Part shown: one piece after another, positions 37,701 through 49,529 of the stretch
How positions within the stretch are numbered: position 1 is the stretch's first letter
Layout: each line of letters opens with the position of its first letter
Origin: Tubulanus polymorphus
Taxonomy: Eukaryota > Animalia > Nemertea
Reading direction: 5' to 3'
NCBI RefSeq assembly: GCF_964204645.1
Contig: NC_134034.1
Span: 620,001 to 684,000, forward strand
DNA: 64,000 nt
The notes under the pieces: model-generated
Told to the model about the DNA's origin: nothing
Database searches by the model: none
What the model saw: the letters and a program-made list of their open reading frames with translations, nothing else
Position numbers and translations under genes: made by a program

Positions 37701-40700
37701 ATTAGCCGAAACATTGCTCGTAGAACATTTGATTTTTAGCTGAATTCATTGTGGGATTTGTCTCGTTATTCACCATACACGGATATTGTGTATTTTCTTC
37801 TCATTTTCATGTTGGTTTTGAACAACTTAAATTTTGCGATTCTAATCCCTTATTAACTTTAGATGACAGTAATACCTTCAATTTACATGTAAAATATGAT
37901 CACTGCTGAAAGTGTAATAAGGAATATATATTTACTCCAGTGACAATATATTGATTCAAAGATTTAATTCAATCATCTAGTCCGAGTCTGTATGGTAAAA
38001 CCTCTGGCTAACCAAGAGCTAACCGAATACCGACAATAGAAGGTGGTCGCTTAAAAATTAGTTAATTTACGCAACAGGAATCTATCTTGATTTCAAGGGC
38101 ACTTCAATTAATCGTTTCAATAGTGACCACTGTAAATTAGCCAGTAGTTTCAACGACCGAATTCAATCAACCGATTCATATCCTAAGAATGAGAATTGTA
38201 TCTAACCACAGTAGTAATTCCTCATCAAACGTTCGTTCATCATATTATACATCTATACATCATTACTATCATCTTCAGTTAATAGAAGTGCAATAAAATC
38301 TTGAATCTATGAGTTGAGTTTTTTTGAACATAATAAATTGTGTTGATTTTATGTTAGTTAAATCAAATATTGGGAATATTTTACCGGGGGATTTTTACTT
38401 TGGGGATAATAAGCTAAATTATTTTATATCATCGGTTTTCATTAAGAAAAAAAAACAACTATTAATCTTAACTACACTTATATTCCTTTTGGAACATTAA
38501 GATTCTTTCATTGAATTTAATATGTTATTTCGTACATAGTTCATCACAGTGCGTCATTCACGCTTAAATGTACAAAACTTCTTTACAGAGTTCAAAATAT
38601 AAACCAACAATCTCATCTCAAGCATGTACTAGCGCTGACGCTATGGGATAAAACCAAGTCTCGATTCATTGCCTAAAATGTGGGTACATTCATTCAAATC
38701 AGGACTAAAATACGCTTATATGAATATCTTGCATGATATCATTTTACATTACGGGTGTCTCATAGGCCTGGTTTTACTTGTACATTGTCATCAATTGATT
38801 AAACATCCCAAGTAACTTCTTTATTTACTTATGGCTTAATCACTGGTATTCAATAGCTAGTCGGCTATAGAAAGACTAACCCGATAAAATTCTATTAACC
38901 GTTCGTCCAGAGTCGAACACTCGCGCGTTAATTCGCAACGATTTTAAAGAAAGAAAATGATTGCATGAAATCTACTTTTCGTATCAATCGGCGTCCAATC
39001 TCTTAAACCATCCTAAACACAGTAGTGTAGTAGTTTGTGTCTATTTGCATTTGCTGATGTCATTTAACATAACAATGGAAATGTATTCGTTTATTTGGAA
39101 ATTATATGAAGATATGGAGTAATCATGTGACAAATCAAATTGTTACTGCAAGGCAAAACATAGCGCACTTCAGATATATGATATGGCCTTAAAGACTTTT
39201 CATATATTAACAGTCCAGTTTAACGTCTATTGATATGAATGGTCCAGTTTTGATATGACTGTCGCAACAGTTGGAATAAAACCTATGAAATCTAGGGGCA
39301 TTTATCTCATGAAATTTAGATTTGAGATAATTGTATTGTATTGTATGAGGATTAAACATTTAAATGGCTGGTGATTATTTGTGATGAAGTAATCAGTGAG
39401 ATGGACTGTGATTGAGGCACTCGGGTCAGATAATATTTTTAGATAAAACAGTGCATTTGTTAAAGCAGAACACATGATTTTAAACTATATATAAGTAGCT
39501 AAACCGTTAATTTTCATTCCTAACTTTTCATCACTCCCGATTATCAAAAATAATTCAACAGTTTGATTAACGGATAGTTGCAGTTAACAACATTTCTATC
39601 TGATAGAGAAGGTATACAGGTATACAGAGGAACAAGAAAAGAACATCCAACTAGACACTGAAAAATCTTTATTCGGGTTTTTTACCTGGGGCCTTTACCT
39701 TGGGGTATATTTAACAAGGGGATTTTTACTGAAAGGGACCTTTACGGGGCGAGTTTTTACCCGATCACATCGATTATTGAATGACATGTTCGATAAAATC
39801 ATGACAAAAACTGGTATCACTGGACGTACAATTTGCTAATTTTCGCTGTTCGGGTGGTTCTGTAGACTATTGGCTATACCGTTGGTAACTGACTAGCTAT
39901 TTGTATCACTGATCGGACTGTGAAAATATAGCTTTGACAAAACCACAACGAGAAATGAATCAAATGCAATATTTTACTCGAAAACGAGCTTAACCACGGA
40001 ATCAGTAACGTTTTTTTTACAGTGCATGGCTGAAATGACGCTATTGAAAAAATCAATGAGAAATACTGCCTCCGATTTTTATGACGAAAATATAGGAATG
40101 AATTCTGAACAGAATCAAATCAGGTTGTTCTTATTGGTATTGTGTATACATTTCATTTATTAGATATTTCACGTAATTCGTGTAATTAGGAAAAACTCGA
40201 TCCAATAATTGGTTTTTCTTTCGGTTTTACGTAATTTACAACTTACCAAATATGGACTACATGGTTTGACATTAAAACCAGCGAGCATTATGGTTCAAGT
40301 TCAATCAAAATTGATAACGATCGGCCTTTCGTAGAATCTCCCTGAAGGTCACAATTTTAGTAAATTGACCTTGGGAGGTTTAAACCTCCCGAATCCAATT
40401 AGCAAAATATCGGTCCTCTATGTCGGCGACAATAAAAGTACCCTGCGCGTAACTTTCTATTGTGCGCCTGCCGCGTTTTGGGCACGAGTAGCTTACGTAA
40501 TCTCAATTGAAAGTTGAGATCACAGGCAGATATTGAGGTCTATGGCCCACACATAACATCATAAATTGGTCAGGAAATAAAGTGTTTTGAGGTATAGATG
40601 ACACGTTTGTACGATTTTACACTGTAAATTTATCATTTTTCAGGACTTAAGGACCAAAAATCGGCAATATTTTTGATACAAACTGAGAAAGTATCAAAAC

Positions 40701-43700
40701 ATTTGAGAACGCGTTATTGATGATGATTCCAGGCTCAGAAATCTGAATTGGAAGGCTCCTACTGGTCGGTTCATAAACATTATCATTTCAGATGCAAATT
40801 CACGCCACCAGGGGTCGTGACTATCGAGGTGATATTTGTGTTGATGACGTCGAATTTGTAAATTGTCCCCCAAAAAGTAAGTTCCGGAAATATTCAAGAC
40901 ATCCGGCGTCCTTGAATCGGGCAGTTAAACCCTGTGGCCGAGAAACTCCTAAATAATTACCTTCTTCACTTTTCCAGGAGATGGAGTCTGGACCGATTGG
41001 GGAAATTACGGAAGTTGCAGTGTCACGTGTGGCAATGGCATTAAACATAGGACGAGGACTTGTACGAATCCGTCCCCGCAAAATGGCGGCGCGAACTGTG
41101 TCGGTCCAAACAGGAAAACTACATTTTGTAACGACGGGGTTTGCATCGGTAATGCGACTAAATAATCAAACACATCATCCCTGCTTAACCTGCTGCGCCA
41201 TCTACGGTAGACCTTCTAAAGCTTACAACAATTTCACCGAAACCGAATACAACAAAATGCAATCCAGCTTACGGTAAACCTTCGAAGATGACGCCAATTC
41301 CACATGCGTCCTGCCTGATTGCGGTAAACCCCCTACCCGCTTACGAATGAACTGCCCAGATATAATGGCCGCCTCCATTAATTCCTCCTATGACGTCAGT
41401 AACTCACTCATAGACATCTTCGCTCTACTTGGTCTTTGAAATCGCTGTTTTTTCACTCTTTTACCGTGCATTTCTGCGCGAGAAATATCGTCGTCGCTTC
41501 ACTTTACATTCTACGTTGCGGCGTTATTCATTTTCCTGGTGGGTTCGAATCCTGAAAACGGTAAATATATTTTTTTATAATGTTATTTGAATGACCGTTT
41601 ATCTTTAAATGTGAACTAAACGGAAATAAAAACGGTTGAGCAGTGATGGCCAGTTACGTACGTTCTTGAGTTCTTGATTTCGACCACTTGTTACAACTCG
41701 GGCGCTATCGAGCTGAGTCTTTCTTAACCGCTTTTCATATTCCATAGTTTTTACTCGGCTTCTTATCACAATATTTAAATCATTGTAGTTGACGGTATCT
41801 GGAGTGACTGGGGTAATTACGGAAGTTGTAGTGTCACGTGTGGCAATGGCACTAAAACACGGACGAGGACTTGTACAAACCCGGCTCCGTTGAATGGTGG
41901 AGCTGATTGTGCCGGTAGTGCCAGTCAATCTACAAGTTGTAATGACGGCGCCTGCCCAGGTGATAGGTTTATTTCATTTTATCTCAAGAGGAGATATTTG
42001 CATATATTATGCAAATTATCCATCTATGTTTGTGTAAATGGGCTGTAAGAGTTACGGGTAATTGAGCAAATTCGGAATATCTACATCGTATCAATAAGTT
42101 TATCGATTCATCGTTGCATTCGGAACCCCCCCCCCCCACCTTTCAGGTACAGCCCCGAGGGGTTTGGGTTGTTTTCTTATTTATGTACCTATTTTTTCAT
42201 TTATATCTCAAAAATTATGTTAATAATGTCGTACATACTATAAGTAATCAATTTGTAGTTGTAACCGCTTTTCATATTCCATAGTTTTTACTCGGCTTCT
42301 TATCACAATATTTAAATCATTGTAGTTGACGGTAACTGGAGTGACTGGGGTAATTACGGAAGTTGTAGTATCACGTGTGGAAACGGCACTAAAACACGGA
42401 CGAGGACTTGTACTAACCCGGCCCCGTCGAATGGTGGTGCTAAATGTGTTGGTAAAGCCAATGAGTCTACAAGTTGTAATCATGGCCCTTGTCCAGGTAA
42501 ATAAGTGAATTCAGATTTGAACCATTGCATGAATTATGCAGATGTATATTTGATTCCGATAAGATATCATAAATGATTATCAAACTATTTTGAAAAATCA
42601 TTGAACGGTTTCAGGCGATGGTAACTGGAGCGACTGGGGTAATTACGGAAGTTGTAGTGTCACCTGTGGGGATGGTACTAAAACACGGACGAGGACTTGT
42701 ACAAACCCTGTACCGTCGAATGGCGGAGCGGACTGTGTGGGTAAAGCCAGTGAGTCTGCAAGTTGTAACGACGGCCCTTGTCCAGGTAAGTTATAGATAA
42801 ATCTTCTAGGCGAATTAAGATATTTACATAAATTTTGCAAATCAGCTATTGATAACACATAATCAATTTGTAGTTGATGGTAACTGGAGCGACTGGGGTA
42901 ATTACGGAAGTTGTAGTGTCACGTGCGGAGAAGGCACTAAAACACGGACGAGGACTTGTACAAACCCGGCCCCGTCGAATGGCGGAGCTGACTGTGTTGG
43001 TAAAGCCAGTGAGACTACAAGTTGTAACGATGGCGCTTGTCCAGGTAAGTCTGATTTCAATTCAACCTTGTAAATTTGCATATTTGTATAAACGTTGCTA
43101 ATTATGTAGATTTGGTACACGGCAAAGCAAGCGAATTTCAGATACTTTTATTAATTAAGCAAATAAGATATAAAGGACAGCTTCAATTTGTAGTTGACGG
43201 TAACTGGAGCGACTGGGTTAATTACGGAAGTTGTAGCGTCACATGTGGAGATGGTACTAAAACACGGACGAGGACTTGTACAAACCCTGTACCGTCGAAT
43301 GGTGGCGCTGACTGTGTTGGTAAAGCCAGCCAGTCTATCAGCTGTAATGACGGCGCCTGTCCAGGTATTTATTTCACTGGATAAACGTGAATCTTCTTAA
43401 AGTGACTCGTGAGCAAAACAATTCTACACTTGAATATCACGCCAAACTCGGGGTATGTTTGTTTACAGCCGCTCAGTTGAGTACAGATTTTGAGAATGGC
43501 TTCGATCAATGGGACACTGTGGGTCGCCCTACCTGGAATATCGGGCAAGGTAAAACTCCGTCTTACAGGACTGGTCCCACGTTTGATCACACTCTCAGGT
43601 CATCAGCTGGTAAGTTGTTTCTTATTTGCCATGCTTAAACTAAACGTATTTTAGATATCAATTTTGAGTCTCATCTTTCGAACATCACAATATGTGATGT

Positions 43701-46556
43701 TGGTGATGTCCTGAACACACGTGAAGTGTGGACGGTCAGATCTTTTTAAGCGTGCCGATAAAATGTCTAATGCCAATTGTTTGTAGTTCAGACTCTAATG
43801 AAAATGTCTTCAAGTGAAATTGTGGACACGTGTGAAGCGTGTGTGGACGATCAGCTTTTGAAAGTTTGCTAATGAAATGTCTAATGTCTGGTGTTTGAAG
43901 TTCATTTGCAAATAGGAATATCTCAGATGAAGAACTGAACACATGTTAAGTGTTAAAATTTGAAACAAATTGGAAGAATGTATCAATGTCGAATGACTGA
44001 AGAGGATCATCTCTCCTTCAAAGCGATCATCATATTTCTTGTACGCGTAGTTGAATTATGTGTGTCTATATTTCAAGGTCATTACGCGTTTATGGAAGCC
44101 TCACCGTTGCGCCAAAATCAGAAAATCGTTATGGAAACGACAGAATTTACGAGCAACAACGACCAGTGCCTGAACTTCTACTACCATATGTACGGTACAT
44201 CAATGGGTGAACTATCCGTGTTAGTCGACGGGGAAGAGACATTCGTCAGTCGAGGCAACCTTGGAAATCATTGGGTCGAAGGATCCGCCCCTGTGCCCAG
44301 TGGGTCTAGAATGGTGAGTAGCATCAAGTGCTAAAATCAGTGAAATAGATGAAAACTGAGTGCAATAAAGCGTACAGTGAGATGGAACAGTGTATGGCTT
44401 GTAGTTGGATGCTGACACAGAGGATGAGGTGGGTCGAAGGATCCGCCCTTGTGCCCAGTGGGTCTGGGAAGATGAGTAGTTGGAATTATTGAAAGCTATA
44501 TATTCGAGGAGGACAGAGTGCAATAAAGGGTGCAGTGGGATCGAACAGGGTACATTAGGGTGCAGGATGCCAGTAAGGTTTATTGCAGGATGCAGGCACA
44601 GAGGATGAGGTACCGGGTGCAAGCACGTACAGTTATTTATTTTACCATGTTCTGTTATAGATACGGATCCAAGGCAAGCGAGGACGCAGTTATCAATCTG
44701 ATATGGCTATTGACGATATCAAACTAGAAACCACTTGTAGAATGAAGCCAACAGGTTAGCATCAATCATTTCGTTTCTACCATCGTTCATTATTGTACGC
44801 ATAATGCATCGTCCCCATTGCTTGAAACCTATACATTCTAAACCGGTTCAAGGTTGGTGGACACGTTTGAAGCTATTTTAACGGTCATTTACAGATGATG
44901 TTCCATTTGATAACGGTTTGAGATCTTGGAGAAATGTTGGTAAACTGAACTGGCAAATACACCGCGGGAGAACCCCATCATATCGGACAGGACCGAGCAA
45001 AGATAGAGTCAACAATAAAGGTATCAACCTAATTATCAACGGCGTATTACTTATGACAGTTTTCTCATTCTTATTGACTTCAACGATTCAGCAAAATTAT
45101 GATTAGTTACTAATGACAAACTTCTCATTGTCAAAGACTTCAACGCTTCAGTAAAATTATGATTAGTCGCTATAGACAATTTTAATGTTCTGTAGTTGTT
45201 TCACTTCATCTCTTATAGCCGGAAAGTACGCGTATATGGAGACATCAGGCAAGAGGAAGAGTGATAAGGCTATTTTACGGTTGGAAGGACTGGACTTGGC
45301 CAGCGATGGATGTTTCAATTTCTTCTATCACATGTACGGCAAGGATATGGGAAAACTGATTGTTGAAGTGAACGGCAATGAAGAACTTGAGATTGAAGGT
45401 GATCAGGGCGATAAATGGAAGAACGAAATAGTTCCAATAGCTGCCGGTTCTGATATCAAGGTAAACATATCTCAATTCATCAACAATCTCAGTATTAATT
45501 TTATCTTAAGGATGCGTCAAATTAAAAGCTTTGGGTGAGATCGAAGTTACGCCTTGGGTTCAGTTGCATGGTCGAAGTCGAGGAAGACTGGTCTCAAGTT
45601 AAGAAATTAGCTGCGGCAGGTCGATGGTGGACCGTACAATCTGTGCCAGAAGCCTTAAGGCTTGTGTGCAGATTAATGCAACTGGACATCATGTTTTATG
45701 GTATATTTTCATCGTTTCAATCGATTTTGAGATTGTTTGTTTGAACAGGTTGATATAATAGGAGTAGTTGGTGACTCTTATAAGTCTGATATCGCCATTG
45801 ATGATTTAACATTCACCGACTGTTCAGAGGTTGTACCAGGTAAACAAACATTTTTTTTTTCAAAAACAAAGAATATGTTTAGACTAAGCTGTTTTCAAAA
45901 CTTAGAGAGTAGTGACGTTTAGATTCAATTCTAATCATGATACGTCACTCCTCTCTTAGTCTTATCAGAAATTGAGCCCTTCTTCTTGAACTATGTTATC
46001 GATATTCACCTGGGAATATTCACTTGTGGAAACCAACATTTTGTTGTTGTTGTTTTTTCGCAGTTAACGGGAATTGGGGACCGTGGTCCCCGTACTCGGC
46101 TTGCAGCGTTACTTGTGAAACTGGTCAGAAAACTATAACTCGCAAGTGTAACAACCCAGCACCGAAATACGGAGGTAGTGATTGTTCGGGTAGTGGTTCA
46201 CAAACACAGTCATGTACGATGCCATCTTGTTTCGGTTAGTGTCAATTTGCGGATATCTTTCCTTCCTTGAAGAAGAATCATTTTGTATAAAATCAAGGTA
46301 GAATTCTATTCTCAAATTAAACCTCTGAATAAATGTCGGAATCCACTGTATTTCACAAACTCTTACTATGGATCGTCGAGGATACAGATCTCCAAATTGT
46401 ATATCCGCCTTCTATTGAATAGATTCCGACTTTGAGAAGGGATACAATGGTTGGCAAACGTCCGGGCCGAAAAAGTGGAGACGCTACAGAAAACAAACAC
46501 CTTCTGTTCAGACAGGACCAAGGGGAGATCACACATCTGGATGGGGTGAGCTTTGA

Positions 46557-46630
<74 letters not shown>

Positions 46631-47412
46631 CTTTATGAACTCGCTAGAATTAGGTTCCGTTAAGGTTGATGTATTGTAGCTATTTTTGGTTTAAATTACT
46701 TATTTATTCATGCATATTCGTATTTTTAAACACTTAGAACTACTAAACTGTTGGGATTCGAACCCTGCTCTACTAAGAAACCGTTATTGCTGCTTTGCGG
46801 CTATATTGATTTGTTATGTATTAGCACTGAATGTTACACCGTCCTATGTACAATATCTAGGTTATTACATGTACGTGGAAGCGACCTATAGGAAACAAGG
46901 GGATGTTTTTACAATGTCGAAAACTGCTACGGTCAACTCGGCTGGAAAGTGTCTACAATTCGCCTATCACATGTACGGTTCTAATATGGGCTCGCTGAAA
47001 GTCATGAGGGACTCCGTACAAATTGACAGGATCTCTGGGAACAAGGGCAATAGATGGCGCATCAAAAAATTACCATTACCAACAGGGACATTCACAGTAA
47101 GAACTTTAATTCCAGCAGGCGGGACTGGGACTACATGAATACTAATTAGAAGTAACTTATTTGAATATGCTAATACATGATTTGCATTAGGTAAAGATTA
47201 AGAATACGATAATGGAAAATAGCATTTGATGAATTCGAACCTTCACAATTCACAATTTAAAGATGTTTCATCCATTTTAAGGTAATATCTGTTAAACATG
47301 GCCTCGAATACGATCTCCCAATTTCTCATTCTAGGTAAAATTTGTCGGAATTGTAGGCAGCAGTTTCAAGTCCGACATTGCTGTCGACGATATCAAAATT
47401 ATCGACTGTTAA
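28793..47412 (+). CDS. Secreted astacin-family zinc metalloprotease, copy 1: SP-pro-astacin-TSP1x2-MAM-TSP1x6-MAM-MAM-TSP1-MAM (about 1.4k aa, about 28 coding exons)
   Basis: Signal exon 28793-28853 (MLAVSLLVTTLLVVSVTSTR); prodomain IEGGDI..KR; zinc motif HEIMHAL|GFYHEQARPDRD across the exons starting at 31329 and 31872; Met-turn SLMHY in the exon from 32180; TSP1 exons starting near 32802, 33312, 40977, 41789, 42326, 42616, 42874, 43194 and 46064; four MAM domains (TGP..DH, FYYHMYG, DIA.DD); stop at 47410-47412. Confidence 0.92.
29455..29530 (-). mobile_element. tRNA-derived SINE head or tRNA pseudogene in an astacin intron
   Basis: The minus strand has an A box (TAGTCTAGTGG) and a B-box-like GGTTCGTGTCC. 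A diverged counterpart sits in the paralogous intron at about 49833-49903. Confidence 0.55.
31447..31795. repeat. Polypyrimidine (CTCTCC / CCTGGCTCTCC) simple repeat in an intron
   Basis: About 350 bp of nearly pure C/T directly after the HEIMHAL exon. A shorter version is at 52258-52365 in the paralogue. Confidence 0.9.
34372..40715. mobile_element. 6.3-kb non-autonomous DNA transposon with TIRs of about 400 bp and a 4-bp TSD (ATTG)
   Basis: 34372-34774 aligns with the reverse complement of 40311-40715. ATTG lies directly on both sides (34368-34371 and 40716-40719). The paralogous intron near 55560-55610 lacks the insertion. No long internal ORF. Confidence 0.88.
37675..37721 (+). ncRNA. 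Minimal type-I hammerhead-ribozyme-like motif, probably a Penelope-like element relic
   Basis: GGGC-CTGATGA-T-GGCTAAT-AGC-ATTAGCC-GAAA-CA-TT-GCTC: both catalytic-core boxes, a perfect 7-bp helix II, a 4-bp helix I (one G-U pair) and essentially no helix III. Confidence 0.5.
46560..46628. repeat. (TA)n microsatellite
   Basis: About 34 perfect TA units in an astacin intron. It is not expanded in the paralogue near 61008. Confidence 0.95.
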
Positions 47413-48379
47413 AACTGAGTAAGGTATGTCTTTCTACAGAGATAACGAATCCATTCTGAATACGTGTGTGTATTTTCCTAAAGAGATTAAATAACGAATC
47501 TATACTGAATACTTGTGTATTGTACTATTTTATTTCATTTCCAGTTCGATTCATGAAAGTGATTTACCACACTATGCCTTGAAAATTCAAATCTGACGTG
47601 TTCACCAGATTTAATAATAAAAAATACCATGTTATTTTCTGCAAAAGTTCCTCCTTATCGTTCTGGAAAGGTATATAAATCAAATCATCACTAGTAGAAA
47701 ATATGATGACGTCACAGGCGGGATTTATGGAGACGGACATCTTTTTTTTGAAATGGCACACAAGTATCACAAGTTATACCATTTGATGATGCCATGGTGG
47801 GGGTGGGGGACATGGAGGCAGAGCCATCTCTGTGTAGTAGTCTAGGATCAGCTGGTCGGATAAAATGACGACTTGTTTTTACTGTGAGTATTTCGAAATA
47901 GTATGACGTCATCTTCGCTTTTAAAGTTTCGTATCTTAACCAGAAGTAAAAGGGACGATTGGACCAAAGAGACAGATTATTTACTCATTTGGTAAAGATG
48001 GTAAACACGCAGTGTTAAACACACGTGTAGGTCCGAATACGTGCGAAAACACGCCGCCTCAGATGAAATATATAACAATATGATAATAATAATGATGATA
48101 ATAAAAATCCTCCGTGATTAAACCGAATATTAATCATTTACAAAATAATTCATATCACGACCAAAATCTCCCTCAATAAAGACGCTCGAAATGTCGCTGC
48201 TAAAGTGAATCTTAACACGCAATTTGTTAACCGTTCATTTCTACCGCGCACGTGCTTCTCATTCTACGATACGTATTTCATGTTTACCGCTTTCATTTCG
48301 ACAATATTATAATCGCCAGTAACACGTGACGTATTCACGAGAGATTGATTGGACAATAACGTAGAGTCGTTGTTTCGAC

Positions 48380-48643
48380 TTTATCTCCGCGTACTAACGC
48401 GCAAGAAGAGCTCGTATCGATGGAATATTGAGCGATGAAATCCCGATTTGATTAGAAAAACAACTGGGAAAGTATTATAGGATGTAATGATAAACGATAA
48501 AAGAAAACCCGAATCCAATCCAATATCGCAGGTGCCGTGGCCTGATATGGGTCTATATAAAGAGGATTTCGCACAACAGGGCCTCTGACTATTGCAGTTA
48601 GTGAAACACTGAGCAACGCCAACCACGGCTAATTGCTTATAGA
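48380..48643 (+). promoter_or_regulatory. Putative TATA promoter and non-coding first exon of astacin copy 2
   Basis: TATATAAAG at 48554, tandem CCAAT near 48514-48524, several GATA words upstream, donor AAG|GTTTGT at 48644 and an acceptor at 49494 before ATG 49530. Confidence 0.55.
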
Positions 48644-49529
48644 AGGTTTGTTTGTTTATTTGTTTGTTTGTTTGTTTGTGCTTTATAAGATTGTTTGATA
48701 TTTGGTTTCGAAAGATTATCCCCATTATTGACTCGTTCATTTCTAATTCGCTACGGAAAGGTATCTTTATTCGGGGAATACAACCTAAAATATGAAGAAA
48801 ACTGCAAGAGGAGTTTGACGTTTCAACTAAAAATGCTACGCGTGTACTCTCGGCCATTTTCAAAAAGTTTCTTTAATGGTTTCTAGCATTTGAGTTGATA
48901 CGTCACGATACTCTTTAAGACTTCTATGATTTTTTGTTGTCTAAGCTGTTATTGGATTTTCATTTTGAGGGGTTGATATTCAATTATTTGATTCCGCTTA
49001 TTTGCAGTGTCCCTTTTTCCACCAGTCACACCTGCTGGGCACCGGTCACACCTGCCGGGCACCAGTCATACCTGCCGGGACTGAAACTGAGTGGGTTTGT
49101 TTTAAGCCATAAAAAATCAGACTGGTATATCTAAGTAGTTAGATTTGTTATATAACTAAAATGAGCTTAGACTGGTTTTAAGATGTTAGATTGGTTGTAG
49201 AACCAATATGAACTTAGACTGGCTTTAGTTGTTAGATTGGTTATAAAACCAAAGTGACTTCGACTAGTTTAAGTACGATTAGTTTTAGAACTAAGATGAT
49301 CTCATATTGGTTTAAAATCTAAACCACGACTATGGAATCCGCCCCCATTTTAGCGTTGATGAAAACAATGACTTGCGTTAGAGATTTCTAATAACGCAAT
49401 CGACAGTCAAGCATCACCACAAACGTTTTGGTTTTGCTAATTCAATTTGTTGTCGTTGTTTTATGATTATTTCTTCCATGTTTTTTTTTTGTAGTGATCA
49501 AAAGGATCGATTCGAAGTGACCAACTACA

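Noticed and set aside
34372-40715. Assignment of the large element to Transib/RAG-like, Chapaev or Polinton
   Set aside because: Starting the element at CAC gives no matching target duplication, and no transposase, integrase or polymerase ORF is visible inside.
46432-46638. ORF ending in poly-(IY)
   Set aside because: It is out-of-frame read-through from a MAM exon into a (TA)n microsatellite.
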